From: Zygnema circumcarinatum SAG 698-1b
Taxonomy: Eukaryota > Plantae > Zygnematophyceae
DNA: 64,000 nucleotides
Direction of reading: 5' to 3'
Assembly (NCBI GenBank): GCA_037447605.1
Contig: CM074815.1
Location: forward strand, 1,240,001 to 1,304,000
The translations under genes were made by a program, and so were the position numbers. Numbering within the stretch: position 1 is the first letter of the stretch; every line of letters begins with the position of its first letter. The notes under the pieces were generated by a model. It was not told the DNA's origin. It ran no database searches and saw only the letters and a list, made by a program, of their open reading frames with translations. Shown here one piece after another: positions 37,101 through 46,799 of the stretch.

Positions 37101-39079
37101 CTCCACCTAGCCCTTTGGATGAAGAGTTTGCAGAGCAGTCTTCCATGGCTGAGCAGCCATTGTGGTCACAACCACTCTCGAATGAGCAGCAGCATAGCTC
37201 ATCAGAGCTCCCGGGGGAACTGCCTGATGAGCTTTCTGACGACCCTGATATGGGCCCTATGGAAGATGATGTACCTTTGGCACCGGCACCATCCGAGGTA
37301 CTGCCCACGGCTAGCCGTAGATGGGGTCCACACTCAGAGAAGAAGCAACGACCCGTCCGGGATACCAGAACCCCGGATTGGTATGGTGAGTGGAAGCGCT
37401 CCCCGTGGAAGAAGAAGGGCTCCAAAAGGCGACCTCCAGAAGAAGTTGAGGAGAGAGTTCCGTTGGACTCTGCTGACTTTGCAGGGATGGCCATTTGTCT
37501 CATGGCCCACGCCGAGGAGCCTCAAACATATTCCGCTGCATTGGAGGGCGCGGATGCAGGGAAGTGGAAGGAAGCCATTGATAGTGAGCTAAACAGCCTT
37601 AAGGAGAATGGAACGTGGCGGTTGGAGCCGCTGCCCCCAGGACGAAAAGCTATCGGCTGCAAGTGGGTATTCAAGGTCAAACGGAAGTCAGATGGGAGTG
37701 TTGACAGATTCAAGGCACGGTTAGTGGCCAAAGGGTTCTCACAGAAGTACGGCATAGACTATTCTGAGACCTTTGCACCCGTGGTCAAGTTTAACTCACT
37801 CCGAGCATTGATCTCTATCGCCGCTGAAGAAGGAATGCACGTCCACCAGTTGGACATCAAGACTGCTTTCCTCTATGGGGACCTCCAAGAAGAAATCTAC
37901 ATGCAGCAGCCTGAGGGGACTGTTGACAAAGGGAACAGACATCTTGTGTGCAGACTTGTTAAAAGCCTCTATGGGCTCAAACAAGCACCGAGGATCTGGT
38001 ACCAGAAGATTCATGACCTGTTGGTAGTGAACGGCTTCACTCGGTTCCATGCTGACCATTCAGTGTACAAGAAGGGGAAGGGAGGTGCCCAGCTGTTTGT
38101 AGGCATCTACGTTGATGACCTGATCATTGTGAGTGCCTCTTTGCCCAGTATTCAGGGTCTCAAAGACCTTCTACAACAGAATTTTCAGATGTCGGACCTC
38201 GGCCCTGCAGAATACCTCTTAGGCATCCAGCTTAAGAGGGGGAAGGATGGCAGTATGTTCCTCTGCCAGGAGAAGTACGCTAGAGAAGTTTTGGCGAAAT
38301 TCAATATGGAGACGTGCATCCCAAGCTCCACCCCCATGGACGCCAGCGTGAAGCTCAGCTGTGACATGAGCCCTCAGACTGAGGCAGAGACGAGAGAGAT
38401 GATAAAGATTCCATACCGATCTGCCATCGGGAGCTTGATGTACCTCATGGTGGGCACACGCCCTGATCTGGCCAAGGCCGTCAGCACTGCAAGTAGGTAC
38501 ATGGAAAATCCTGGGGTCAAGCATTGGGAGGCTGTCAAGAGGATCTTCAAGTACCTCAAGGGCACATCTCATTTCGGAATTCGGTTTGAGAGGGGGAGCG
38601 GCACTCCTGTGTATGGCTACACAGATGCTGATTGGGGCGGGGACCTCGATACTTCCAAATCCACTTCGGGCTATGCCTATCTCTATGCACGTGGGGTCAT
38701 TTCTTGGAGTTCGAAGTTGCAAGAGACAGTTGCTCTCTCGACCACCGAATCCGAATATGTGGCTGCTTGTCACGCCGCTCGGGAAGCCGTGTGGTTATCG
38801 TTATTCTTTGAGGAATGTGGGCGGCCCCAACTTCCCTTGCCGATTCTCACCGACAACCAGTCCTCCATTGCGCTTGTTGAGAATCCAGTGTTTCATCGGC
38901 GGAGCAAGCACATCAAGCTCCAATATCATTACACGCGGGAACTGGTGGAGGCGGGTGAGATCACAGTGTCCTTTGTCGAGACAGAAAACATGGCAGCGGA
39001 CATGCTTACAAAGGGGGTCAGCGGGCCCATCATGTGGAGGAATGGTCTTCTACTGGGGTTGGGTCCGTTTCGAGCCTAG
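34184..39079 (+). CDS. Copia gag-pol polyprotein, uninterrupted, 1631 aa
   Basis: Two CCHC knuckles, protease WLIDSGAS, integrase WHRRLGH...CPDC and RTDNGGEY, RT YVDD, RNase H KHIKLQYH, in copia order PR-IN-RT-RH. Confidence 0.97.
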   Translation: MSEMSETGDSGGGDTAGGKSMDGVTTSGIRAFGSEDSGKTHIQIFRGGTSTEYKEWRWEMTALLETRKLLPYVDGTIKPLDKKTAPAADFEAWTEKDAKCRHFFAASIKGKPAHMLMHLKSAREMWEKLEATYDLVDITGRSNLYDELATIKMTSDETTLDYLMRFGNLMQKFTMLDKVLDEDHQINAFFRGLPKRFDVTVNGLRTHHSFSTLTLAHAMARIREEDTFQNASRPGADGVMAMRQQSLREQRDRGGPDNFCTYCKRKGHIEAECRTKKAAQGSGQPDSAEGKGKGKTVICYKCDQPGHIARNCTGIAGTEVAEPAQVESSLMARAAKRIDYVNQVYLNDKNHLPWLIDSGASKHMCSDTSLFAEMQPLAEARCVFSATGDQVDVTHGGTVHFAPVGEGTPFQLRLGNVLHTPTLQNNFFSVSQVCGKGYEGIFRENSCKILHRKTRKILCRGTQRDGLYYLDWQPSIQEKVAAARASDGADGRGGVARAQGVRDGRDPARASDGADGRGGVARAQGARDGRDPARASDGADGRGGVARAQGARDGRDPARASDGADGRGGVARAQGASDGRDPVRALGPSDGPCSVARRADPDCSDVTQRHAPMAPEGTGDPPQRRTGSSCNGGIESAHQVSDSAQLWHRRLGHLSYSGLATLATQSLVRGLPFTKLSKVETVCPDCAVGKSHRHPFRNHGVDSFRASQRLELVHSDLCGPITPMTPGGARYFITFLDDFSRKIWVVLLAHKSDAFEAFQDWQLQAERQSGEKLQRIRTDNGGEYKSIQFSDYLKSLGIRHEFTAPYSPQSNGAAERVNRTLGDMARSMLSESPFSLTFWGEAILTAAYLRNRCPSNALKDEGRVPEEMWSGSKPTVQHLKVWGSQCWTTIPKVQQTTKFSPRGEFGYFLGYNDDSLTYRVWNPSTNKVMTTRDLLVEETITEADQARMRHLPLPDIEFLPVRDTLADEAFPPPPPSPLDEEFAEQSSMAEQPLWSQPLSNEQQHSSSELPGELPDELSDDPDMGPMEDDVPLAPAPSEVLPTASRRWGPHSEKKQRPVRDTRTPDWYGEWKRSPWKKKGSKRRPPEEVEERVPLDSADFAGMAICLMAHAEEPQTYSAALEGADAGKWKEAIDSELNSLKENGTWRLEPLPPGRKAIGCKWVFKVKRKSDGSVDRFKARLVAKGFSQKYGIDYSETFAPVVKFNSLRALISIAAEEGMHVHQLDIKTAFLYGDLQEEIYMQQPEGTVDKGNRHLVCRLVKSLYGLKQAPRIWYQKIHDLLVVNGFTRFHADHSVYKKGKGGAQLFVGIYVDDLIIVSASLPSIQGLKDLLQQNFQMSDLGPAEYLLGIQLKRGKDGSMFLCQEKYAREVLAKFNMETCIPSSTPMDASVKLSCDMSPQTEAETREMIKIPYRSAIGSLMYLMVGTRPDLAKAVSTASRYMENPGVKHWEAVKRIFKYLKGTSHFGIRFERGSGTPVYGYTDADWGGDLDTSKSTSGYAYLYARGVISWSSKLQETVALSTTESEYVAACHAAREAVWLSLFFEECGRPQLPLPILTDNQSSIALVENPVFHRRSKHIKLQYHYTRELVEAGEITVSFVETENMAADMLTKGVSGPIMWRNGLLLGLGPFRA
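35630..35929 (+). repeat. 75-bp GC-rich tandem repeat x4, in frame in pol (ARASDGADGRGGVARAQGxRDGRDP)
   Basis: Unit starts at 35630, 35705, 35780 and 35855. Confidence 0.95.
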
Positions 39080-41225
39080 GCCCCAAGAGGGGGAATGTTG
39101 TACAGCACTAGAGACTGACAACGTTTTGGGACATAGACTCTCTAGGGAGGTTAGATGCGCCTTGCAAGTGTTAGAGGCGCATGTGTACGAACGTCCGAAG
39201 ACACCGACCGCGCGTATGGCACGCACCGCACCACTTTTACCTGGTGTACGTAGTGTACGACAGCATAGATGTACAGGAGTGGCGCGCACGCCACGCATAG
39301 GAAGTCAGCCTCTCAAATCCCTCTCTGTCTCACTTACCCTTCAGAGCTTTGCCAGATGTTGGCTTGCAGCCAGGAGGTGCTTATGGGATATGTGTGGGTT
39401 AGTGCAAGGAGGGACAAGTAGTGTGGCACTGCTTTACATACCTTGTACTCATTCATTGAAAACAAGAGTTTTGGGCCGGCGGGGCTTTTCTCAATCTGTT
39501 GAGCTTGTCTTATGTCTGAAATGTCTGAGACAGGAGATTCAGGAGGAGGAGACACGGCTGGTGGTAAATCCATGGAAGGAGTTACAACAGATTTTACCCC
39601 TTCTTGTTTTTTTCAAAGAAAAAAATATCGGCCTGCCCGAATCCACTCGGAGCAGAAGATCCGTCCGCCACGACATCGTTCGCGGGTGGCCGTCCTTCAC
39701 ACGTGCAGACACTATACACCGTCGATTCTAGAGCAGATCACACCACGGCAGATCACCGTTCGATGGGCTCGGTTCCAGCGAATGGCACACGCCCACGTGT
39801 CCCACCCGAGCAGGCTCGAGGTCCGTACACATCTCGTACGGTCGCAGCTTCGAGGAAAGTCTAAATTCCTTACATTGCGAGCTTGAACCAATCATCATCT
39901 GCCGCGTGCTCTTTTTAAACGTGGCAAACTGTGATTGGTACAGGCACAACTTTAATTATTACGTTTTTTGACTTTCCTCGAAGCTGCGGGCGTACGCCTT
40001 TTGTACGGTCCTTGGAGCCGGCTTGGGTGGGACACGAGGGACAGAGCCCGGCTGCTGATCGAACGGTGATCTGCCTTGGTACGATCTGCGTAAATATCGA
40101 CGGCGGAAAAGTATTGCACGTGTAAAGGACGGCCACCCGCGAACGATCTCGTGGCGGACGGATCTTCCGCTCCGAGCGGATTCGAGCAGGCAGATTTTTT
40201 TTTCTCTGAAAATAAATGATAAGGAGTAAAATCTGCCCGACAGAAAAAGGTCTCACGGCGCTCGGCCGCTCAGGACTAGTAGCGTGTGTCGATTCCAAAA
40301 AGATGTGAAAAAAAAGGTGAAAAAAAAAAAGGTGTGAAAGGTGTGCTCCTTTTTTGTCTATTTTAAAATCTGCCCAGCGAAAAGAGGTCTGTGTGTAGAC
40401 AAAAAAGGTGTGAGAATAGAATTTTCCTTTTTTTTTTAGAGAAGCTCGGGTTGCGCCAATCAGAGTTGAGCTTGCCATTGCTGGCGTTGACTTTGACTTA
40501 TACCCGTGCCACATGTACCTAATCCAGTACAATAGAACGGTGTCAGGTCACGGCTACAGTACAGTACAGTACTGTAGACCAAGTTTACCGTACAGTACAG
40601 TACGGTAGGGCAGGTTGAAGAACGCTACTGTACAGCTCCCACAAATTTGGAGATCGTAGACATTGTATGCATTGTTCAGCCATGGGATGCTCATGCTTAT
40701 GTTATGCATATGCTTATGATGAAGGTGTTGCTGATGGTGCTGCCATCCCAAAAGAAGGCACTTCTGCGCACCCTAAGTCTAACAGCGATCACCATCGTGA
40801 GACCAATGCCACACCATTTCCTAACAGCGACTTTGTTCCTAGGGCCGTTGAGATTTCCGGCCGGCCTTTATCTCGTTCATGAGGAAATGGATTTGGCATA
40901 GATAAGTTCAGAAGTCATTTGCGACCGGTTCACAATACATGTTCGGTCCACGTATTGCCCTTGTCCATGTACATTTGATGGCATCGCCATGCGCGAGATC
41001 AATGCCACATCCTTTTCCGTTGCCCACTATCTGTACTGACTCGCCATCTTGAGATCAATGCCGGTTCGCCTTTTCCCAAAAAGTAATTATTTGCAGCCAA
41101 GCCAGGCATTCTTTCTCCTGAGGCCCTAATTTTCTGTTTGCTCTTTTTAGGTCTGGCAGGAGCTTCGGGCTGCCAGCGCCAGAGCCAGCGCCTGGGCGAG
41201 GGCCACGGCTGGGGCAGGAGGCGAG

Positions 41226-41423
41226 ATGCTGCGCAGGAAGCCTTCTCGCTTGGAGCTCCGTCCGGAAGACAGAGACGACTATCTGGAGGCGCGCCACGTG
41301 GCAGCCATGGCTACGCCTCCCACCGGGCCTTCCTCTCTTCACCCTCCTGCCTCTGCAACGGACGAGCTTCTCAAGGACAGAAGCAAGCTCTCTGCAACAC
41401 AGCGTATTGCCACGACTAAGTGA
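41226..41423 (+). CDS. CDC26: Anaphase-promoting complex subunit CDC26 (APC12), 65 aa, intronless
   Basis: MLRRKPSRLELRPEDRDDYLE matches the conserved CDC26 N-terminus (MLRRKP-x-x-(I/L)-x-L-x-x-(E/D)-D), followed by a low-complexity tail. Length is typical. A strong splice acceptor at 41150 suggests a 5' UTR intron. Confidence 0.9.
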   Translation: MLRRKPSRLELRPEDRDDYLEARHVAAMATPPTGPSSLHPPASATDELLKDRSKLSATQRIATTK

Positions 41424-41949
41424 TCCTATGTAGACTTTTTTAGGTCGGGATAGCTGGGAGCAGCTCGTATTTCTTAACCGTGTAGTCGGACATCCTGGAT
41501 CATAGTCGTGTACGTGATTGAGATAATTCGGCCGCAACATTTGTTCTCCTGCTAATTCCCCAATTTGAAGAGCCTTCTTGATTTTTCAAGACGTGCTTGT
41601 AACGACCCTCTGGATTTAAACGAACGGTACTATCTGCGAGGACGCTGAACGATAGGAACCCTTTTTCGTCTTGCCTGCCCCATGGCCTATTTGCAGCTGT
41701 GAAAAAATCCTACATTGCGCAGCGGAAGGTTCTCTTGCGGCTCTAAATAAGTGGGCTATCCTGTTCGGTCTGTCGCTTAAAAAAAGCACAGCTTTAGTTC
41801 GCAAGCTGTATTACGAGACCGACGGGATTCTGTTGAAGCGCTTTGTGAAGATAAATTTGTCAGCGTTATATCGGTCCTCTTCTCTCGCTCTACTTGGAGC
41901 AACTGCGGCTGCATTCTGAAGCTTCGAAACAGTATTGACTGTGCTGGTC

Positions 41950-44945
41950 ATGGCTACCAAGGAAGATGTGGAGGATGATGATGACGATTTCTTCGCGGAG
42001 GTCTATGGGCGAGAATATTCTGGCCCCGCTGCAGGCCGTGATAGCACCCGTATGGCATCTCAGAATCAGGAGAGTACTATATCCAGGGTTCGAGAAAACT
42101 CAGAGGAACGGGAAACTCCTCGTGATCCCAATGAGCTGCCCACGGACTTCACAACTCGTGAGGCGAAATTGTGGGATGCCAAGGCGAAGGCCATGGAGCG
42201 AAATTGGAAGCGGCGAAGAGAGGAGGAGCTTACTTGTCGCATTTGCGGAGAGATGGGACACTTTGCACAGGTGAAGCACTACACTTTACTCCTCTTCGTC
42301 TCTAAGGTAGAGGCATGCATAACAGTTGTTTCATTCCTTGCACCACATTGTAGGGATGATGCACACAATTGGTTAGAGCATTGACAACAGATCTTTCTCG
42401 TAACGGGGAAATTGCTCTTTCGGGATTAGATTCTTAGGATCCTTAGATTGGATAAAGTCTTTGTTCATGAATAGGCAGCTGTTGCTAACTCCATTTTCTC
42501 GTCATTCTGCTACTTCTCCCTTCCTAAGTCAAATAAAGATTCAGGTGTATTGTGCCTTGAATTGTAGTCGTGGTCAAGAGGCCAGGTGACAGCTGTCGTT
42601 TGGAATGCTTCTTGGTCATTCATGCCCGTTGCTCTTATTTGTGAAACTGACCCAGTTGTACCAGCAGCTGCACCGATGTATGGAACAAGTCACAGAACAG
42701 TTAGTTGCTGGGAACCAAAAGCGTTTCGGTTCCGAATGGCAATTGGCAGAACATTCTCAAAGATTAGAATCCTATTTTCATCAAGGCCTAGTTCTTGAAT
42801 CCCCCAATCCGGACAAAATTGCCTAGAGAAATATAGGCTGTGCTTTCCTTATCCTGTAGGCTTCCTGTATCACTCTCCTGACTCGTGCCTCCCGCATGGG
42901 TTCAGGGTTGCCCTACCACTCTGGGTGGAGGTGCACGGCCGGGCGAGCATGTGCAGAGGATGGCCATCAAGGATCGACGCATGAAGCCGCGCTTAATAGG
43001 GACAGGTGGTTCTGTTATTCAAGGTATAGAAAAAAGCTCAGGATGCCGCATTAAGTTGGAGGACAATCTGGTGGCTGGAGATGGGTCATTTACAGTGCAC
43101 ATAACTGGCTCCAATGAGGAGAAAGTGAAGAAGGCACAGGATGCAGTGAATTCCATATTAAAGCAAGTCGAAGAAGAGTGGCAGAAGCAGGCGCAGCGCA
43201 AAGTGGCTGGAGGAGTTGGCGGAAAAGTACAAGTAGAGCACAGGGTTGTGCCCGTAAGCCCTTCTCCAGGCAGGCCGGGACAACCACGCCCAGCTTCAGA
43301 GGTTGTAAGAGGAGACGCCTACCATTCTCCCAGCCCTCTCCTTCCAGTGGGGCCAAGGCCTCTAGCAGCAGTTCCACGGAGCGGTGCAGCTTACTTGAAA
43401 CCCGATTCCCATATGACAGAGCAAATCGCAGCCCATCTCGAACTACGTCGTAAATGGGAATCTGCAGGAGCTGCCACGAGGGTCGGGTTTGCCGCTCCTC
43501 CGTATTCGTCAGCTGCTCCTCCCGCTCCCTACGATGAAAGTGAGCCTGCTTTGACCACTCACGCAGCAGCCAAAATGGACCATTGTATGATTGCTCCTCT
43601 TGAGTTTTCTTTTGTGTCAATTCCTAACCCAGAATAGTGCTCTTGCTGCAGCTTCAGTCAGAGCTTCAGGAGCCTACGATGCCCCTCTCGCTGCGAGGGA
43701 GACCCCACAGGCCAATAGCCTCTACTATTCCCAAGAGGTGCAGGGAGGGGAGTCCAACGCTTATGGTGAAGCTGCAACTAGTAGTGCTCATGGGGATTCT
43801 GCTGTTCTTCGGTCCAGCTCCCAGGCAGGAGCAAGTGCAGGGGAGGAGGATATGGAAGTCGGTTATGATGACAGTGGGAGTGTTAGCAATGCCGTTGGAG
43901 CAGAGTCTTTGGAGGATCTTGAGCAGCAGTTTCTTGAGCAGACAATGGCACTGACACGAGCTCAGACTGCTGAGGAGAATGCAGAGCATGCAAGGCACAA
44001 GCAGGTGGGGATAGCCGGGAATTTCATTTGCTTGGCAGTCTCAAAGCTGTATTGGGGATAGTGCCAAAGCAGGAGCAAATGGGGTTCGGAACAGCCACCG
44101 TAAGGCGCACCTAGTGATGTGAGACGAAGTTGAATACTGTCTGACTAACATCTGTTCGGTTGGAGATGCAGCGAATGGTGGAGATTGGCGAAGTATACCA
44201 GAAAAGAATGGCCACTTTACGCGCAGAGCAGACAGACCGGCGGCAAGCCTTCCTGCAGAGGCACTCCAAAGGTGGGCAGGGGCAGCAGGCCGCCTTCTCT
44301 CCCTACCACTACTCCCCACATAGCGGCTCCGTGCCCCCTTCAGGGCCTCCCTCTGGTCACCAGCAGCAGGCTGCCGATGCAGTCGCTCCTTTGTATGGAG
44401 CCAGTTCCATGCCTCCGCTATATGCAAGCCGAGCTGGGGAAAGCACTGCAAGGTCGCCGATAGGTGGGAGCAGCGGAGCAGCCGCTGAGAGAGCCACATA
44501 TTCAGGGCATCGGCAGGGCGATGGGGCGGGGTTTTCTGCCTATTCAGGTATTGAGAATGGCACGTATTCATCGTCGCACAGCAACCCGGAAGCTGGAGGG
44601 TTAAGTATGCCTCAGACTCTCCAGCATCACACCGGGGCCTCATATGAGCCTGCCCTTGACAGAGGACACCTACCTCCTTCAAAAGCACCACTGCAGGCAC
44701 AGACCTACGGCGAGACCAAGTTGAGCTATACTGCAGCTGTGGGAACCACCTTTACTCAGACTGAAAAGGCATACAAGCAGGGAGAACCTGATACCGGATA
44801 TGAAATTAATGCTCAGGAGGTCTACAGCCAAGCAGAGCCATACACTACGGCTTCAGCTGCTTATGCTCTCCAACCACCAATTTTTAATTCTGCAGTGGGG
44901 TCAAGTGATAAAGATGGCTTCTCTAATTACAGACTGCAAGGGTAG
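41950..44945 (+). CDS. CCHC zinc-knuckle plus KH-domain protein with a coiled-coil region (plant uncharacterised family), multi-exon
   Basis: RDPNELPTDFTTREAKLWDAKAKAMERNWKRRREEELTCRICGEMGHFAQ|GCPTTLG, KH motif LIGTGGSVIQGIEKSSGCRIKL, and ESLEDLEQQFLEQTMAL...ENAEHARHK. Confidence 0.82.
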
Positions 44946-45403
44946 TTGGAGGACGCGAAGGAGAGAGAAGAAATTGAGGAGAAATCCAACGAAGAGATAG
45001 AGGGTAAGGTTGGTAACTGTGAAAATTTTCACCGAACTTTAGGTATGTAGTGTTCAACTATTAGAAATAGTACTTAACCAGTTTTCTTGCAGGCTTCATA
45101 TCTGCTTTTAATGCATTGCCTTGTTTTTCAGTCACAAATTGATTTTGCCAGGGACGATCTGTTTTGTGCCTACGTGCACGTTTTACCTTTAATTAGCGCC
45201 AATGTTGCTTTCCACGACCAAAGTATGAAAGCACCAACCGCCCATCCAACCACCACACATACACAGCGCGAGTATGAGCACATGAAGGCAAGCGTCATCC
45301 ACACGCGCGCATGCCATTTATACCTACATACCAACACATACATACATACACACCATACACATGGGGATGAAAGCTGTACGACGACGCTGGGGGCTCACAA
45401 TGA

Positions 45404-45644
45404 TGACGTGGCAGGCGCACGGAATGCCTGGGAGTGCCCCTAGCAGTCACACGTGGCACCTCTCATTGGGCCTTCCGTCCTCGTGCCTATCAACCGGCTC
45501 GTCGCTGACCGCGCTCCCGCGTGATCGCGATTCTAATGTGTCGTTACTGTCTGCATGTGGCGAGGCTGCCACGTATGCAGATGGAACTGGCCGAAAGCCC
45601 GGCTCAGGCTCCGGCTCCGGCTCGCGGCTAAAGGATGACGTGGC
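45404..45644. promoter_or_regulatory. Cluster of four ACGTGGC (ABRE/G-box) motifs next to the retroelement pile
   Basis: TGACGTGGC 45404, CACGTGGC 45450, GCCACGT 45568, TGACGTGGC 45636. Confidence 0.45.
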
Positions 45645-45718
45645 GCGCGAGGATTGGCTCGCACGGGTTCACGTTTTTTTTTATTTGATCAAAGGCACAT
45701 CCGACGGTGCAGGGCGGG

Positions 45719-46221
45719 TGTAACAAGCCGAAACCCTAGAGCCTCCCCTAGAGCTCCCAGCCTGCTAGCGGAAAATCACTTGAACTGTAATGCTGGTTTC
45801 CAGGTTGAAGCAAGGTTAAGGATTGAGGTTCCCAGCTCCAAGCCCCCAAACATTCAACCCACGCCCCTTTATACGCTCCCCCCGTCAAACCCTTTACCAG
45901 CGTAAGGGACCGGGAGCAGGGCTAGCCAATGGCGCAATGCCACGTGGCCAAACGGCTGGTTCCATGCCCGTGGCATGGGAAGTCAGCGGATTGTGGTTAC
46001 ATGAACTTTCCCAGTGCGGGAGCAAGACATGCCACGGCGGTTGTGGTCGCGCTTCAACCGTAATGCGCGACGCCGCAAAATCGCCGTAAATCAGTACTGA
46101 CCGTACTCCATACGGACCCGTACGGTTTCCCCGTACAAATGCACGGTTAGTCCGTACGACTGAACCGTACGGATATCTCCAGGAGGCCGGTGGCACCGTG
46201 GTGGCTGTAGCGTTCGCTACA
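45719..46221 (-). mobile_element. Solo LTR of the gypsy-1 lineage
   Basis: TGTAACAAGCC...TGTAGCGTTCGCTACA, 503 bp, perfect TSD GCGGG at 45714-45718 and 46222-46226, no PBS or PPT. Colinear with, but diverged from, LTR 47910-48409. Confidence 0.92.
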
Positions 46222-46799
46222 GCGGGCCCGCTAGGGTTGGGGGCACGGTCCCCCTCCGACCCGTGCCCAGGGGCTCGTGCCCCCCCCCCCCNNNNNNNNN
46301 NGGTCAGATCCTACGGCGCAAGACGTGGATCGAATGGAAGGCTGAGTCGGATCCGACGGAAGCAAAGGGCTGGATCCGTGTGAGCCTACGAGGATCCGAC
46401 GACGCAGGATTAGGATCGGGATAGGGCCCTTGCGGGCCGCTAGTCGATGTTGTGAAGCTTCGTAGCATGTTGTTGTCACGTGTGTAGTGACATAGTATTT
46501 AAGGATTGTTTTTTGTTGTAGGCAAACAATTCATTCAGGCTGTTGTAGTCTCTGTTATGCTGTTCGCTCGTGTTGCGACACTACACTTACTCGTGCTGTG
46601 AGGTAGTGAGCTGTGAGATTGCTGAGCGGCCGATTTGAGAGGGGGTCTCTCAATGTATGAGTGAATTCACTATTAAGGAGTTTTAGAGCCAGGAGCTTTC
46701 TCCTATCCTTTTCTCTCTGTTATTCGGCTGTGCATTTATTGCTGAGATTCACTCTGTGAGTAAAATGGGCTATGAGTGAATGTGAGAGAGAGATTTGGA

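Larger units (their letters stand above)
33744..39589 (+). mobile_element. Full-length Ty1/copia LTR retrotransposon (copia-1)
   Basis: 5' LTR 33744-34261 and 3' LTR 39096-39589 (TG...CA). PBS TGGTATCAGAGC 34264-34275 (initiator tRNA-Met type). PPT AAGAGGGGGAA 39085-39095. TSD GATTT at 33739-33743 and 39590-39594. Confidence 0.97.
33569..40427. mobile_element. Non-autonomous Mutator-like foldback element (~1.0 kb, ~450-bp TIRs), split by the copia insertion
   Basis: Termini GGAAAATTCTATTCTCACACC and GGTGTGAGAATAGAATTTTCC. Arms 33569-33743 plus 39595-39862 versus 39969-40427 are reverse complements (roughly 85-90% by eye). Flanked by T9 (33560-33568) and T10 (40428-40437), compatible with a 9-bp TSD. 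Confidence 0.8.

Noticed and set aside
41424-41949. TTM3 downstream of CDC26
   Set aside because: No CYTH-like EVEVK-type motif or suitable ORF seen here; ORFs 41671-41919 and 41616-41804 resemble nothing I recognise.
45300-45362. CA/CATA-rich stretch giving a His/Thr-rich ORF (45087-45443)
   Set aside because: Degenerate microsatellite downstream of the CCHC/KH gene with no coding evidence.
45732-45740. AAACCCTA telomere-like motifs (also near 58390)
   Set aside because: Single copies inside TE sequence, not telomeric arrays.
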